This document shows positions 42,699 through 51,433 of a stretch of 64,000 nt of DNA, in pieces. The notes beneath the pieces are model-generated. The model had not been told where the DNA came from and ran no database searches. It saw nothing but the letters and a program-made list of their open reading frames with translations. The position numbers and the translations under genes are program-made. Position 1 is the first letter of the stretch, and the number at the start of each line of letters is the position of its first letter. Source of the stretch: an uncultured Chthonomonadaceae bacterium (lineage in GTDB: Bacteria > Armatimonadota > Chthonomonadetes > Chthonomonadales > Chthonomonadaceae); the NCBI GenBank assembly GCA_963835065.1, contig CAWIEK010000037.1:64001-128000 (forward strand). Direction: 5' to 3'.

Positions 42699-43596
42699 AA
42701 ATCTTTCTGGAAAGTCAACGGGAAGAAACCTGCCGCTTTTCGCGCAGCCTGTAAATGCCTCCAAGTTTCCCACTCCCTTGACCGGGAAACCGGGCGTCGG
42801 CTGGTCCCGTCCCGCCGTCTGGAGCCTGGCGGTCATTACCTGCGGCGTACTGCTGGCGCTTGCTCGCCCTGACAACGCGCAGAATGTTCCGGCTTCCCAA
42901 ACATCAGGAACCCGTTCCGGTTCCACGCTCAGGGTGCAGGCGCGAACCACGCCTTCTGCCGCCACGCCTGCCGTGACACCTGCGGGCAATATGCCCGAAG
43001 AAAGCCGCCGCTCCGTTGATTTTTATACGCAGACTGTGCGCGGCAACCTGTTCAATGCGCCGCAGCCTCCGGCTCTGCCTCCGGTGAAATTGCCACCCCC
43101 GGTCGTGGTGGTACAGCCCAAGCCACCCGTTGTGCCGCCGGTTGAAATCAATCCGTTCGCGGACTGGTCGTACACGGGAACCATGACATCGGGCGATCAA
43201 GTGACCGCGCTGATCGAGAATACCAAGACCAAAGAAGGCCAGTTCGTCAAAGCCGGCGACAGCTTCATGGGATCGCAGGTCGCCTCCATCACGGATCAGC
43301 AAATCATCCTGCAATCCGGTAAAACATCGCGCATGTTGGCAAAGTCCGACAATTGGGCGGTAACACCTCTGGATCGGAGCGCCATTCCGTCCGCCGGCCC
43401 GCAGGCCGCGCCGCAGGCAGCCGCGCCGCAGGCCGTGCAGGTGCAGATTGATATGAGCGCCCTGCAGAACCTGGGCAATCGTGGACGCGGAGGACGCGGA
43501 GGCGGTCAGGGCTTTACCTTGCCCAACGGACGCACGTTCAACCCGCAGCAGTGGCAGCAACGGTCACAGCGCATGAACCAGAACTTCAATCAGTAA
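42667..43596 (+). CDS. GspC/PilP-like protein
   Basis: TM helix, RGNLFN, Pro-rich linker, YTGTM..ALIEN..FVKAGD. Position before the secretin. Confidence 0.6.
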   Translation: MTARHQPTGDKNLSGKSTGRNLPLFAQPVNASKFPTPLTGKPGVGWSRPAVWSLAVITCGVLLALARPDNAQNVPASQTSGTRSGSTLRVQARTTPSAATPAVTPAGNMPEESRRSVDFYTQTVRGNLFNAPQPPALPPVKLPPPVVVVQPKPPVVPPVEINPFADWSYTGTMTSGDQVTALIENTKTKEGQFVKAGDSFMGSQVASITDQQIILQSGKTSRMLAKSDNWAVTPLDRSAIPSAGPQAAPQAAAPQAVQVQIDMSALQNLGNRGRGGRGGGQGFTLPNGRTFNPQQWQQRSQRMNQNFNQ

Positions 43597-43730
43597 CTGA
43601 GAAGTTGATAGTTGATAGTTGATAGTCACTGCATCTCTATCACTATCAACTATCAACTGATTGTGACGCCCCTTTTGTGCCTCGTGAGCCTGTTCCCTTC
43701 ATGCAACTGCGGAGGGAACCGCGCTAACCA

Positions 43731-44087
43731 AAGTTTTATACCAACGGCGCAAGCCAGAAAGCAGGTCTGAACAAAAGTATTGGGGATGCGGCATGGAGCA
43801 TGTTCCGCTTTGCCCTTACGTACAAGGCTGCAAGCGCCGGGCGTAAGGTGGTGGAAGTCAACCCTGCCTACACATCTCAGGATTGTTCCTCATGCGGCGA
43901 ACGTGTTCCGAAAGCCCTCAAAGAGCGGGTGCATTTCTGCCCGTGCTGTGGGTTGAGGCTCGACAGAGACACCAACGCCGCTATGAACATTCTCACCCTC
44001 GGTATGGACAAACATAGCATCGCTATGGGACAACATAGCGTCAAGGTTTACCTTATCGAACCGTTTAAGCAGGTGATTGTCACATAG
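43731..44087 (+). mobile_element. tnpB: IS200/IS605 tnpB 3' remnant with degenerate right end
   Basis: NGASQKAGLNKSIGDAAW..VNPAYTSQDCSSCG..CPCCG..DRDTNAA. Ends GATTGTCAC. An upstream in-frame TAA at 43725 removes the N-terminal part. Confidence 0.88.
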
Positions 44088-44124
44088 ATTTAGTTGTTCA
44101 TCAAGGGGCCGCGTGGCGGCTCGG

Positions 44125-47100
44125 ATGGACCAGATTGCGGAGGATAATGCCTTGACACACGAATCAAACAGCCTGGCTGCCAGTTATCGGCGCAGAGCCT
44201 GGTGCGCCCGGTTGGGAACCGCCACTTTTGCCACCGGCCTTGTCGTGGCTCTGGCAGGGGCGCAGGCGCAGGATGCGGTAACCCCGGCCCCTCAGCCCGC
44301 TCAGTCCACAACCGATAAGAAGCCTGCCACAACGGCCACGCCGGCAAAGCCGCCCACTTCTTCGGGCAGCAGAGCCGCCGGTACTACGGGCAGGCAAAAT
44401 GGAAGCGCGAACGCGCGGCGTACCGGCCAAAATAACCGTCCAAACAGCAATACTCCCACACGAGGGGCGAACGCGGGTGGCGCGGGTACGCCGGGGCTGA
44501 GCATTGTGCCGATGCAGGGCGGCACGGCTCCCGGACGCGGCGTACCGGGCGCGGGTGGCGTACCGGGCGCAGGCGGACAGTTCACCGGACAGCCGAGCGG
44601 TTTTGGCGGGGCGGGTGGATTCGGCGCAGGCGGCGGCTTTGGACAGGGCGGGCGCGGCAACGGGACCACATTCGCGTTCGAGTTTCGCGGCGCGGACATT
44701 GACAACGTTCTAAAATTCTTTTCCAACAATTCGGGCTTGACCATCACCAAAAACCCCGCCCTGACAGGCCCGGTGACGATTCTCAATCCCACGCCCGTAA
44801 GCCTGGATAAGGCGTTCCTGATCTTGCAGTCCGTTTTGGCCGTGCGCGGATTTACGGCATTGCAGAGCAACGGCGTGCTGTCAATCCTGCCGTTTCAGGG
44901 CGCGAAAACCAGTACGCCTTTGTTTAATTCGGGCATTAACGAAGACGGAACCACGCGGGTTGACTCGCGCAACCAGTTTATGACGCAGGTGATTCCGGTT
45001 GAAAACGTGGATGCGGAAGCCCTGGCGCGAGAACTTAAAGAGCTTTCCAGTCCGGGTTCCAGCCTGATCGGCAGCGCGGGAACCAATTCGCTGATTATCA
45101 CGGATACCGCCAGCAACGTTTCGCGCTTTATTGCCCTCGTGGAGGCGCTGGACAAGTCCTCCAACAGCACAACCGACCTGAGAATCTATCCCCTGACGCG
45201 CTCCGATGCAACGTCCATTGCGCAGATCATTACCGATCTGTACAGCAAGATTACCACGCGCGGACGCGGAGCCGGGGGAGGAGCGCCACAGCCCGGACAG
45301 CCCGGTTTCAATCCCGGCAATCCGCAGCAGGGGCAGGCGGCAAGCGCCGGCCGTCCCGCAGTCGTAGCGACGGCGGATACGGGAACCAACTCGGTTATCG
45401 TCGTGGCCTCACCCGATAATCAGGTGAAAATCGCCCGTGACATCATCACGCGGCTGGATGGCGATGATTCCAACCGGCTGGATACCGTGACGCGCAAGAT
45501 CAACTTCGCGGACGCGCAAACGGTTTCGGATGAAGTGAACAGCGTTCTTTCCAATTCGCGTCCCGGTCAGGGATCGTCGGTAAATCCCTCGTTCCAGCAG
45601 CGTACATTTGGCGGCGGCGGGTTCGGCGGCTTTGGTGGGTTCGGTGGCTTCGGCGGCGGTGGCGGCGGTGGCAGCACCGGCAGTTCCGACCCGTTCGGTA
45701 AGGTGGTTGCCGACCCGCGCACCAATACCGTGCTGATTACCGCGACCAAAGACCGCCTGGCGCGCATCAATGACCTGATTGACAAATTGGATCAGGAAGT
45801 GCCGGTTGAGTCGACAACGTTCGTCTTCCCGCTGAAAAACGCGAACTCCTCGGATGTCGCGCAGGCGCTTGGGCAGGCGTTCCAAACAACCAGCAACTCG
45901 AACAACAACAACAATGGATTCAACTTCTTCGGCAGTTCCAACCAGACCGCCAAAAATCCCTTTGGACGGCAGGGCAATGGAAGCGGTTCGCAGCGTCAGC
46001 TTGGTTCTGTCGGCACAGGCCGGGCCATCGGCGGCAGGGGCGTAGGACGCTCCAATGTGCCGCCCGGCCCGCCCGATGCGCCGGACGGAAGCGGCGGTGA
46101 CGGCAACATTCAGACGAATGGCGGCTCGGCTGTGCCGCAGGGCATTCCCGGCGTTCTGACCGATCAGGGCTTTGTGCCTACGGAAGCCCCCGGCGATGCT
46201 TCCGGCAACGTGAACACCAACGGACAGCCGACGCGCCAGATTTTCGGCGGTTTCGGCGGTTTCGGCGGCGGGCGCGGGCAGCAGCGGTTGGGGCAGGCGC
46301 AAACCCCGCAGTACGGTCAGGGACGCAACGGCGGCTACTCGAACCTGCTGCAGTTGCAGGGGAATGTGTTCGTCACGCCCTCGCCCGAAGGCGATAACCT
46401 GATTATCACCACGCTGCCGCAGAACTACGAGGCGGTACGCCAGATCATTGACGCGCTGGACATTGTGCCCCGCCAGGTCATGATCGAAGTAATCATTGCG
46501 GAAGTGACGCTCGACAGCGACCAGAAACTGGGCTTTACGCTGGGCGGCAACTTCCTCAAGCTGTTTAATACGGCCAACACGGGGCAAGGGCAAATAAACG
46601 TGCCTGCGCCGGGGCTTGGCACGACCTTCGACCCGGCGGCGACGGGGGCGCAGTTCGTCATCAGTGGCGGGAATTACAACACGCTGTTACAGGCGCTGAC
46701 GACGGACAACAAGGTGCATGTTCTCGCCACGCCCCGCGTGTTCGCGTCCAACAACCAATCGGCGGACATTACCATCGCCACGCAGATTCCGTTCTTGCAG
46801 GGAACGACGGCGAGCGCCTTCTCGTCCGTTGTCAGTCAGACGGTGCAAACGGCGCAGGTGGGCTATGACCTGACCGTAACGCCGCGCATCACGCGGCAGG
46901 GGTTGGTGACAATCGCCTTGACGCAGGACGCCAACGCGCTTGTGCGCTTCCAGACACTGGGTTCGGGCGTGAACGCGAGCGTGTACCCGGTTATCAACAC
47001 GCGCAACACGGACACGACCGTAACGGTACAGGACGGAGAAACCATCGTTATCGGCGGCTTGATTCAGGACAACCGCGCCGTGAATATCAACAAAATTCCC

Positions 47101-47571
47101 GTACTGGGCGATATTCCCATCATCGGGCAGTTCTTCCGGTCACGGGAACTGACGCGCAACAAAACGGAACTGATGATCTTCATGACGCCGCATGTGGTCA
47201 ATACGGTGGAAGAAGCGCGTCGGCTGACGGTGCAGCAGGGCGCTCCCCTGACCCGGCAGATTCCCGACCTGTCGCGCCAGCAGCCCAACCTCGCCCTGCC
47301 GACCGTTCCGAAGGGTTATAAGCCCGATCCGAACGCGCCCGTGATTCGCGATCCCTCCGGCAAGGTGATTCCGAACCTGGACGACAAAAAGAACAAAAAC
47401 ACGAGTGACCCGAACAAACTCGGCCCGCTGACCACCCCCGGCACAAACGGCGGAACCGGAACGGGTACAGGCACGGGAAATGGAACCGGCACTGGCACAG
47501 GAACCGGCACGAACAACGGAGGAACGGGAAGCGGAACCGGAACGAACAATGGAGGAACGGGTACGCCGTAG
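44125..47571 (+). CDS. gspD: Secretin GspD with long Gly/Phe-rich disordered inserts (start approximate)
   Basis: FEFRGADIDNVL N0 domain, repeated N domains (ADTGTNSVIV, ADPRTNTVLI), QVMIEVIIAEV, DGETIVIGGLI, KIPVLGDIPIIGQFF and TELMIFMTP. Confidence 0.93.
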   Translation: MDQIAEDNALTHESNSLAASYRRRAWCARLGTATFATGLVVALAGAQAQDAVTPAPQPAQSTTDKKPATTATPAKPPTSSGSRAAGTTGRQNGSANARRTGQNNRPNSNTPTRGANAGGAGTPGLSIVPMQGGTAPGRGVPGAGGVPGAGGQFTGQPSGFGGAGGFGAGGGFGQGGRGNGTTFAFEFRGADIDNVLKFFSNNSGLTITKNPALTGPVTILNPTPVSLDKAFLILQSVLAVRGFTALQSNGVLSILPFQGAKTSTPLFNSGINEDGTTRVDSRNQFMTQVIPVENVDAEALARELKELSSPGSSLIGSAGTNSLIITDTASNVSRFIALVEALDKSSNSTTDLRIYPLTRSDATSIAQIITDLYSKITTRGRGAGGGAPQPGQPGFNPGNPQQGQAASAGRPAVVATADTGTNSVIVVASPDNQVKIARDIITRLDGDDSNRLDTVTRKINFADAQTVSDEVNSVLSNSRPGQGSSVNPSFQQRTFGGGGFGGFGGFGGFGGGGGGGSTGSSDPFGKVVADPRTNTVLITATKDRLARINDLIDKLDQEVPVESTTFVFPLKNANSSDVAQALGQAFQTTSNSNNNNNGFNFFGSSNQTAKNPFGRQGNGSGSQRQLGSVGTGRAIGGRGVGRSNVPPGPPDAPDGSGGDGNIQTNGGSAVPQGIPGVLTDQGFVPTEAPGDASGNVNTNGQPTRQIFGGFGGFGGGRGQQRLGQAQTPQYGQGRNGGYSNLLQLQGNVFVTPSPEGDNLIITTLPQNYEAVRQIIDALDIVPRQVMIEVIIAEVTLDSDQKLGFTLGGNFLKLFNTANTGQGQINVPAPGLGTTFDPAATGAQFVISGGNYNTLLQALTTDNKVHVLATPRVFASNNQSADITIATQIPFLQGTTASAFSSVVSQTVQTAQVGYDLTVTPRITRQGLVTIALTQDANALVRFQTLGSGVNASVYPVINTRNTDTTVTVQDGETIVIGGLIQDNRAVNINKIPVLGDIPIIGQFFRSRELTRNKTELMIFMTPHVVNTVEEARRLTVQQGAPLTRQIPDLSRQQPNLALPTVPKGYKPDPNAPVIRDPSGKVIPNLDDKKNKNTSDPNKLGPLTTPGTNGGTGTGTGTGNGTGTGTGTGTNNGGTGSGTGTNNGGTGTP

Positions 47572-47701
47572 GCTGGCTTTACCTCACCGGGCGTCCACTT
47601 GTGGACATACCCCTCTCCTGGCCGCGCAACGCGCTAGGAGAGGGGATTTTCATGTCATTATATAGTTGCGATTTTGCGGGGAGGGTTGCTGCGTCGAAAA
47701 A

Positions 47702-48070
47702 TCACGTTGTGGTCACTTCTTTGTCAGGAAATGCCTGAAGCGTACATTTAAGTTCCTGAAGCAGCGTGTTCATTTTTTCTGTTTGTTCCTCCCATGCGCG
47801 GCCTGCCTCTGATTCCATTTCGATGTCGCTGAGTTGGTTGGCAACGGCTTCAAGACGCGCGGCTTCTTCCGGCGTGAGGGAGTGTGCCAACTCTTTACTT
47901 GCCAGTTGTTGATATTCCTCACGGAGCGCAATCAGGCTTTCGGCGCGATGGAAACGCCGTACAAGATTACCAACGGCATCGGCAGGCGTGGCTCCTTGAA
48001 CCTGAGCAATCTGCTCAAGCGCGCGATAGGTTGTGAGAGGCAGTTCCAAGCGTTCCTGTGTTTGCGTCAT
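47702..48070 (-). CDS. Small hypothetical, ribbon-helix-helix/antitoxin-like
   Basis: GGAGGG RBS, LELPLTTYRALEQIAQVQGATPADAV and an LTPEEAARL helix. Confidence 0.55.
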   Translation of the reverse strand: MTQTQERLELPLTTYRALEQIAQVQGATPADAVGNLVRRFHRAESLIALREEYQQLASKELAHSLTPEEAARLEAVANQLSDIEMESEAGRAWEEQTEKMNTLLQELKCTLQAFPDKEVTTT

Positions 48071-48163
48071 ATTTCCCTCCGTTTTCAAATATAGCACAAA
48101 TCCAGCCGCTTTGCCAGCAAAAATAATCTTGCGAACCTGAACACGGATTGGAAGCCATGCCCG

Positions 48164-48748
48164 CTAAACAACGCTGGTTCCGGGTTTGTGGAGGGGGATG
48201 CCTTGCGCGCAGAGGGGGCAGTCTTCCGGGGCGAAGGTTTGCGCCTGAACGGTGAGCAGGGCTTCCTGGCGTGGGCCGAGGACAACGGTTCCGCCGCTGC
48301 GGTCTACGAGGACGGCGACGCCCACGACATTGGCCTGATGTTTGGCGGCAAGTTCGAGACATTCGCGGGTCGCGCCGCCTGTTGTCATGATGTCGTCTAC
48401 AATCAAGACGCGCGTGTTGGGGGCAAGCGTCAGGCCGCGCCGCAGCATCCGCTCGCCGTTTTCTTTTTCCGCATACAGCGCGGGCAGTCCCATTTGCCGC
48501 GCCACTTCAAAGGCCAGCAAAATGCCGCCCGTTGTCGGGCCAAGCGCCACGTCCACCGCATCATCGGCAAACCGGCGCGCGATTTCACCACACAGCGTTT
48601 GCACGTGCTGCGGATGCTGCAGCACCCAGAACTTTTCCCAATACTCGTCGCTGTGCCGCCCCGATGAAAGCCGGAAATGCCCGGTCATCAACGCCTGGCT
48701 GTCAATGAAGATCTGCCGTACCTGCGCTTCTTCAAGCCTGTCTGCCAT
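48164..48748 (-). CDS. pyrE: Orotate phosphoribosyltransferase
   Basis: GHFRLSSGRHS, GPTTGG, VLIVDDIMTTGG, VDRS and CPLC..KPG. Confidence 0.95.
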   Translation of the reverse strand: MADRLEEAQVRQIFIDSQALMTGHFRLSSGRHSDEYWEKFWVLQHPQHVQTLCGEIARRFADDAVDVALGPTTGGILLAFEVARQMGLPALYAEKENGERMLRRGLTLAPNTRVLIVDDIMTTGGATRECLELAAKHQANVVGVAVLVDRSGGTVVLGPRQEALLTVQAQTFAPEDCPLCAQGIPLHKPGTSVV

Positions 48749-48830
48749 TCCTGTCGCGCTCCTTGTTTTTTAGGAAATCTTGTGGCACAGTATAGCCGCC
48801 AAAGGGGAGCGATGTAAAGGGTATGGCAGG

Positions 48831-49530
48831 TCATTGGCGCAGTTCGCGCCTGCGCTGCGCCTGCGCCATTTCCAGAACATTGTTCTTGAACAGGTAGCCG
48901 AAACCGGCTTGTTCCAATCGAAGCACAAGGTCATGGTAGGTCGTGCCGAGCGCCTTCGCCGTATCATTGAGATTCCAGTTCTGCCCGGCCAGTTGACTGA
49001 GCAGGTAGGCGCGGCGCGTTTGAGCGGCGGACAGGCGATACGTTTTGAGATATTCCAGATCGCCGTTGTCGCGCACAATCGCCTCGCCGATATGGTTTTC
49101 CTGCTGCGGGTCCAGGTCGGAAATGAAGCGCTGCAGCGTGAACGGCCCAAGCTGATAAACCCTGCTGCTTTGCACATCGCGGCCAAGCAGGTTCCCGGCC
49201 ATCAGGCAATGATACGCCGCCCATTCGGAACGTACCTGCGTAAGCGCGGCGCGAAGCTGCGTCAGATTTGCAATGCTTTTGGCGTCCAGCGTCACTTTGA
49301 CCGGGTACGTTGTATCGCGAGTAGTATGCCGTCTTATGCGGCTGCCCGTTCCCGCCGTTGACCGCAACCACCGCCAGATTCTCATTGTAGCGCTGCTGCG
49401 CCAATCGTAAATCAGACCGTACATTTTGACGCAGGACGGGAACCAGCCGGATTGCGCCGCATACTTGAGATGGCGCAAGTTCCAGCCCGCGCAGGGTAAG
49501 ATTATTCAGTAATGTTGTGTCGCGTGTCAT
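48831..49530 (-). pseudogene. ARPP-2-like protein with C-terminal HTH; frameshift and probable internal deletion near 49320
   Basis: N-part LRGLELAPSQVCGAIRLVPVLR..DLRL. C-part in another frame ENHIGEAI..YLKTYRLSAAQTRRAYLL..WNL..A.ALG..RLEQAGFGYL. Family name is from recollection. Confidence 0.6.
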
Positions 49531-49610
49531 GGGATTGCCGATTGCCGATTGTTGATTGTTGATGCGGCTTCTGTCTTCTGTCTTCTCTTCTTCTCTTCTT
49601 CTCTTCTTCC

Positions 49611-51065
49611 TTATCCCTCACTTGCGCGCAGCAAGTCACCGGTTCGCGCTGCAAGGTAGGTTTCCAGTTCTTCGCGGGTGGCGGAACCGTCGGCGAAGCG
49701 GGCAAAGCCCAGCACGGTCGGCAAATCTTCCGCGTCGCGCAGGCCGACGGTCGGCACGTAGGGACTGAGCGCGTGGGGCGCAAAGTCATCGCCGTCAAAA
49801 ACCGGGTTGCAGTGGACAATGGACACGGCATGGTTCGGGTCCAAATGCGTCCGCAGGATACGCAGGGCTTCCAGCGCGCCGCAGGGCGGATCGTTTTCGT
49901 AGCCGTCCGAGACAATCACAATCAGTTCCGGCTCCCACTGCATGGCATCGAGCAGGGGCGTTGCAAGGTCAGTCTGCCCGCGCGCCTGCGCCAGCATGGG
50001 CGATTCCGGCTGGCGTGTCCAAAAGGCGCGGTACTCCCGCGCCGCCTGTGCAAGCAGGTAATGCGAAGCCAGCGCAATCCCAAGCGGACGGCGGCGCTTT
50101 TCCGAGGAACCGGAACTGGAATAGCTGCAATCCAATATCGCCGCCACTTTGCCCAATGCAAGCGGCGACTTGCGCAAAGCAGCCTGAGCCGCGTGTTCCA
50201 ACACCGCTGCAAATTCGTCGGCGCGTTCCCGTCGCTCATCAAAGGGCAGGGACAGTATGTAAAGGACAAGGCGCGTAAGCGGCAACCGTGTCCAATCCAT
50301 CTCCAAGTCAACGCGCTTCATGTCAGCCGTAGACGTTTGCAGGCGCAATTTTTCATTGGGCGTCATTTGCGCCTGAATACGCGCCAGAAACTGTTCGCGG
50401 GAAATACGGTGCTTGTGCGCCAGCCCTTCCGCAATGGTATACGGCAGATTGTAAACCGCTTCCGCGCTATAATGCGCCTGCCGAAACGTCTCGAAAAGCG
50501 GCGTTTGAAATCCCGGCGTTCTGCGGAAGTGAAACAAAAAGGAATCGAGTTCGTTGTCCAGTTTCAAATGCGTGTGAAGGGCAATGGAGCGTACTTTGCC
50601 CCGGTATTTGACCGCCTCGAAACTTTGACTGCGCCGCTGCGCCAGATAATCACGGGCAAGCGCGCGGGTTCGGCGGTTGTTGATGCCTCTTTTTCGCGCC
50701 TGTTCCCATAGTTTCCATGCGCGTTGTGGTGGCAGGCCGCGCAAAGCCGCGTTAATGAGCGCGTTTTCTTCCTGCTGGTGTTCGGGTCGCGTGTGCCGTC
50801 CGGCTGCCAGCAGATTGAGAATAATTTGTGCCTGATTGAAGTGGTTGATACCGGCGGCAAGCGTACGCGCGTACAGCAGGCGGTAATTGCCCAGAATGTA
50901 CTCGTGCAGAAAGGCAATGCTGACCTGCTGCGAGTACGCGCTGCCGTAAAACTCGCGCTGCCCTGTACACGCAAAGCAGGCGTTGATAAACATCGTCAAA
51001 TCTTCCCGTACAACCTGCGCCGCGCGGTCTGTAATGCTCTTTTTACGCTCGCTCTTCACGCTCAC
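49611..51065 (-). CDS. TROVE/Ro60-like helical domain + vWA (MIDAS) protein
   Basis: GTG start after GGAGAG, TGQREFY motif, helical core, then LDCSYSS..GQTDL..IVSDGYEN MIDAS residues. Confidence 0.65.
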   Translation of the reverse strand: MSVKSERKKSITDRAAQVVREDLTMFINACFACTGQREFYGSAYSQQVSIAFLHEYILGNYRLLYARTLAAGINHFNQAQIILNLLAAGRHTRPEHQQEENALINAALRGLPPQRAWKLWEQARKRGINNRRTRALARDYLAQRRSQSFEAVKYRGKVRSIALHTHLKLDNELDSFLFHFRRTPGFQTPLFETFRQAHYSAEAVYNLPYTIAEGLAHKHRISREQFLARIQAQMTPNEKLRLQTSTADMKRVDLEMDWTRLPLTRLVLYILSLPFDERRERADEFAAVLEHAAQAALRKSPLALGKVAAILDCSYSSSGSSEKRRRPLGIALASHYLLAQAAREYRAFWTRQPESPMLAQARGQTDLATPLLDAMQWEPELIVIVSDGYENDPPCGALEALRILRTHLDPNHAVSIVHCNPVFDGDDFAPHALSPYVPTVGLRDAEDLPTVLGFARFADGSATREELETYLAARTGDLLRASEG

Positions 51066-51081
51066 TTGCCACTCTCCATAT

Positions 51082-51172
51082 AAAAAAGCCATTTGGGGAA
51101 AGGCGGCGCGACTAGCTGGAACAGCTTCATAGGCTGAAGTCGGAAGTCGCGCCAAAGTCCCGCAAATGGCCT
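51082..51172 (-). ncRNA. Candidate ~90-nt structured RNA (Y-RNA-like or leader/terminator)
   Basis: 5'/3' pairing GCCAUUUG/CAAAUGGC, GGGA/UCCC and GGCGCGACU/AGUCGCGCC, a U6 tail, and extended -10 TGCTACACT at 51186-51178. Confidence 0.55.
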
Positions 51173-51433
51173 GCAACAGTGTAGCACACTGCTTCGTAAC
51201 TCTGACAGGCGATGCGGCGGGAAAAGTTGCAGAGGGGAAGAAGACGGGGAGATGGGGAGAAGAGGAGAGGGGCAGATAAGGGATTCCAACCAAAATAAAT
51301 ATTCCGGTCGCAGACCGGTTGGCGGAACGCCCTTTAGACGGGGTGTTCACGACTTCGGCTAAGTGGAGCGTTTGTTTTATTCAGCATCCTGAAGTAGATG
51401 GGTAGAGGGTAGATGGGAGAAGGGCGGCAGCAT

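Noticed and set aside
43800..44087. Functional TnpB nuclease
   Set aside because: The N-terminal domains and the first two RuvC motifs are absent.
48783..48797. TGGCACAGTATAGC as a sigma-54 promoter
   Set aside because: GG-to-GC spacing is one base short and it faces away from pyrE. The opposite strand gives a TATACT -10 for pyrE.
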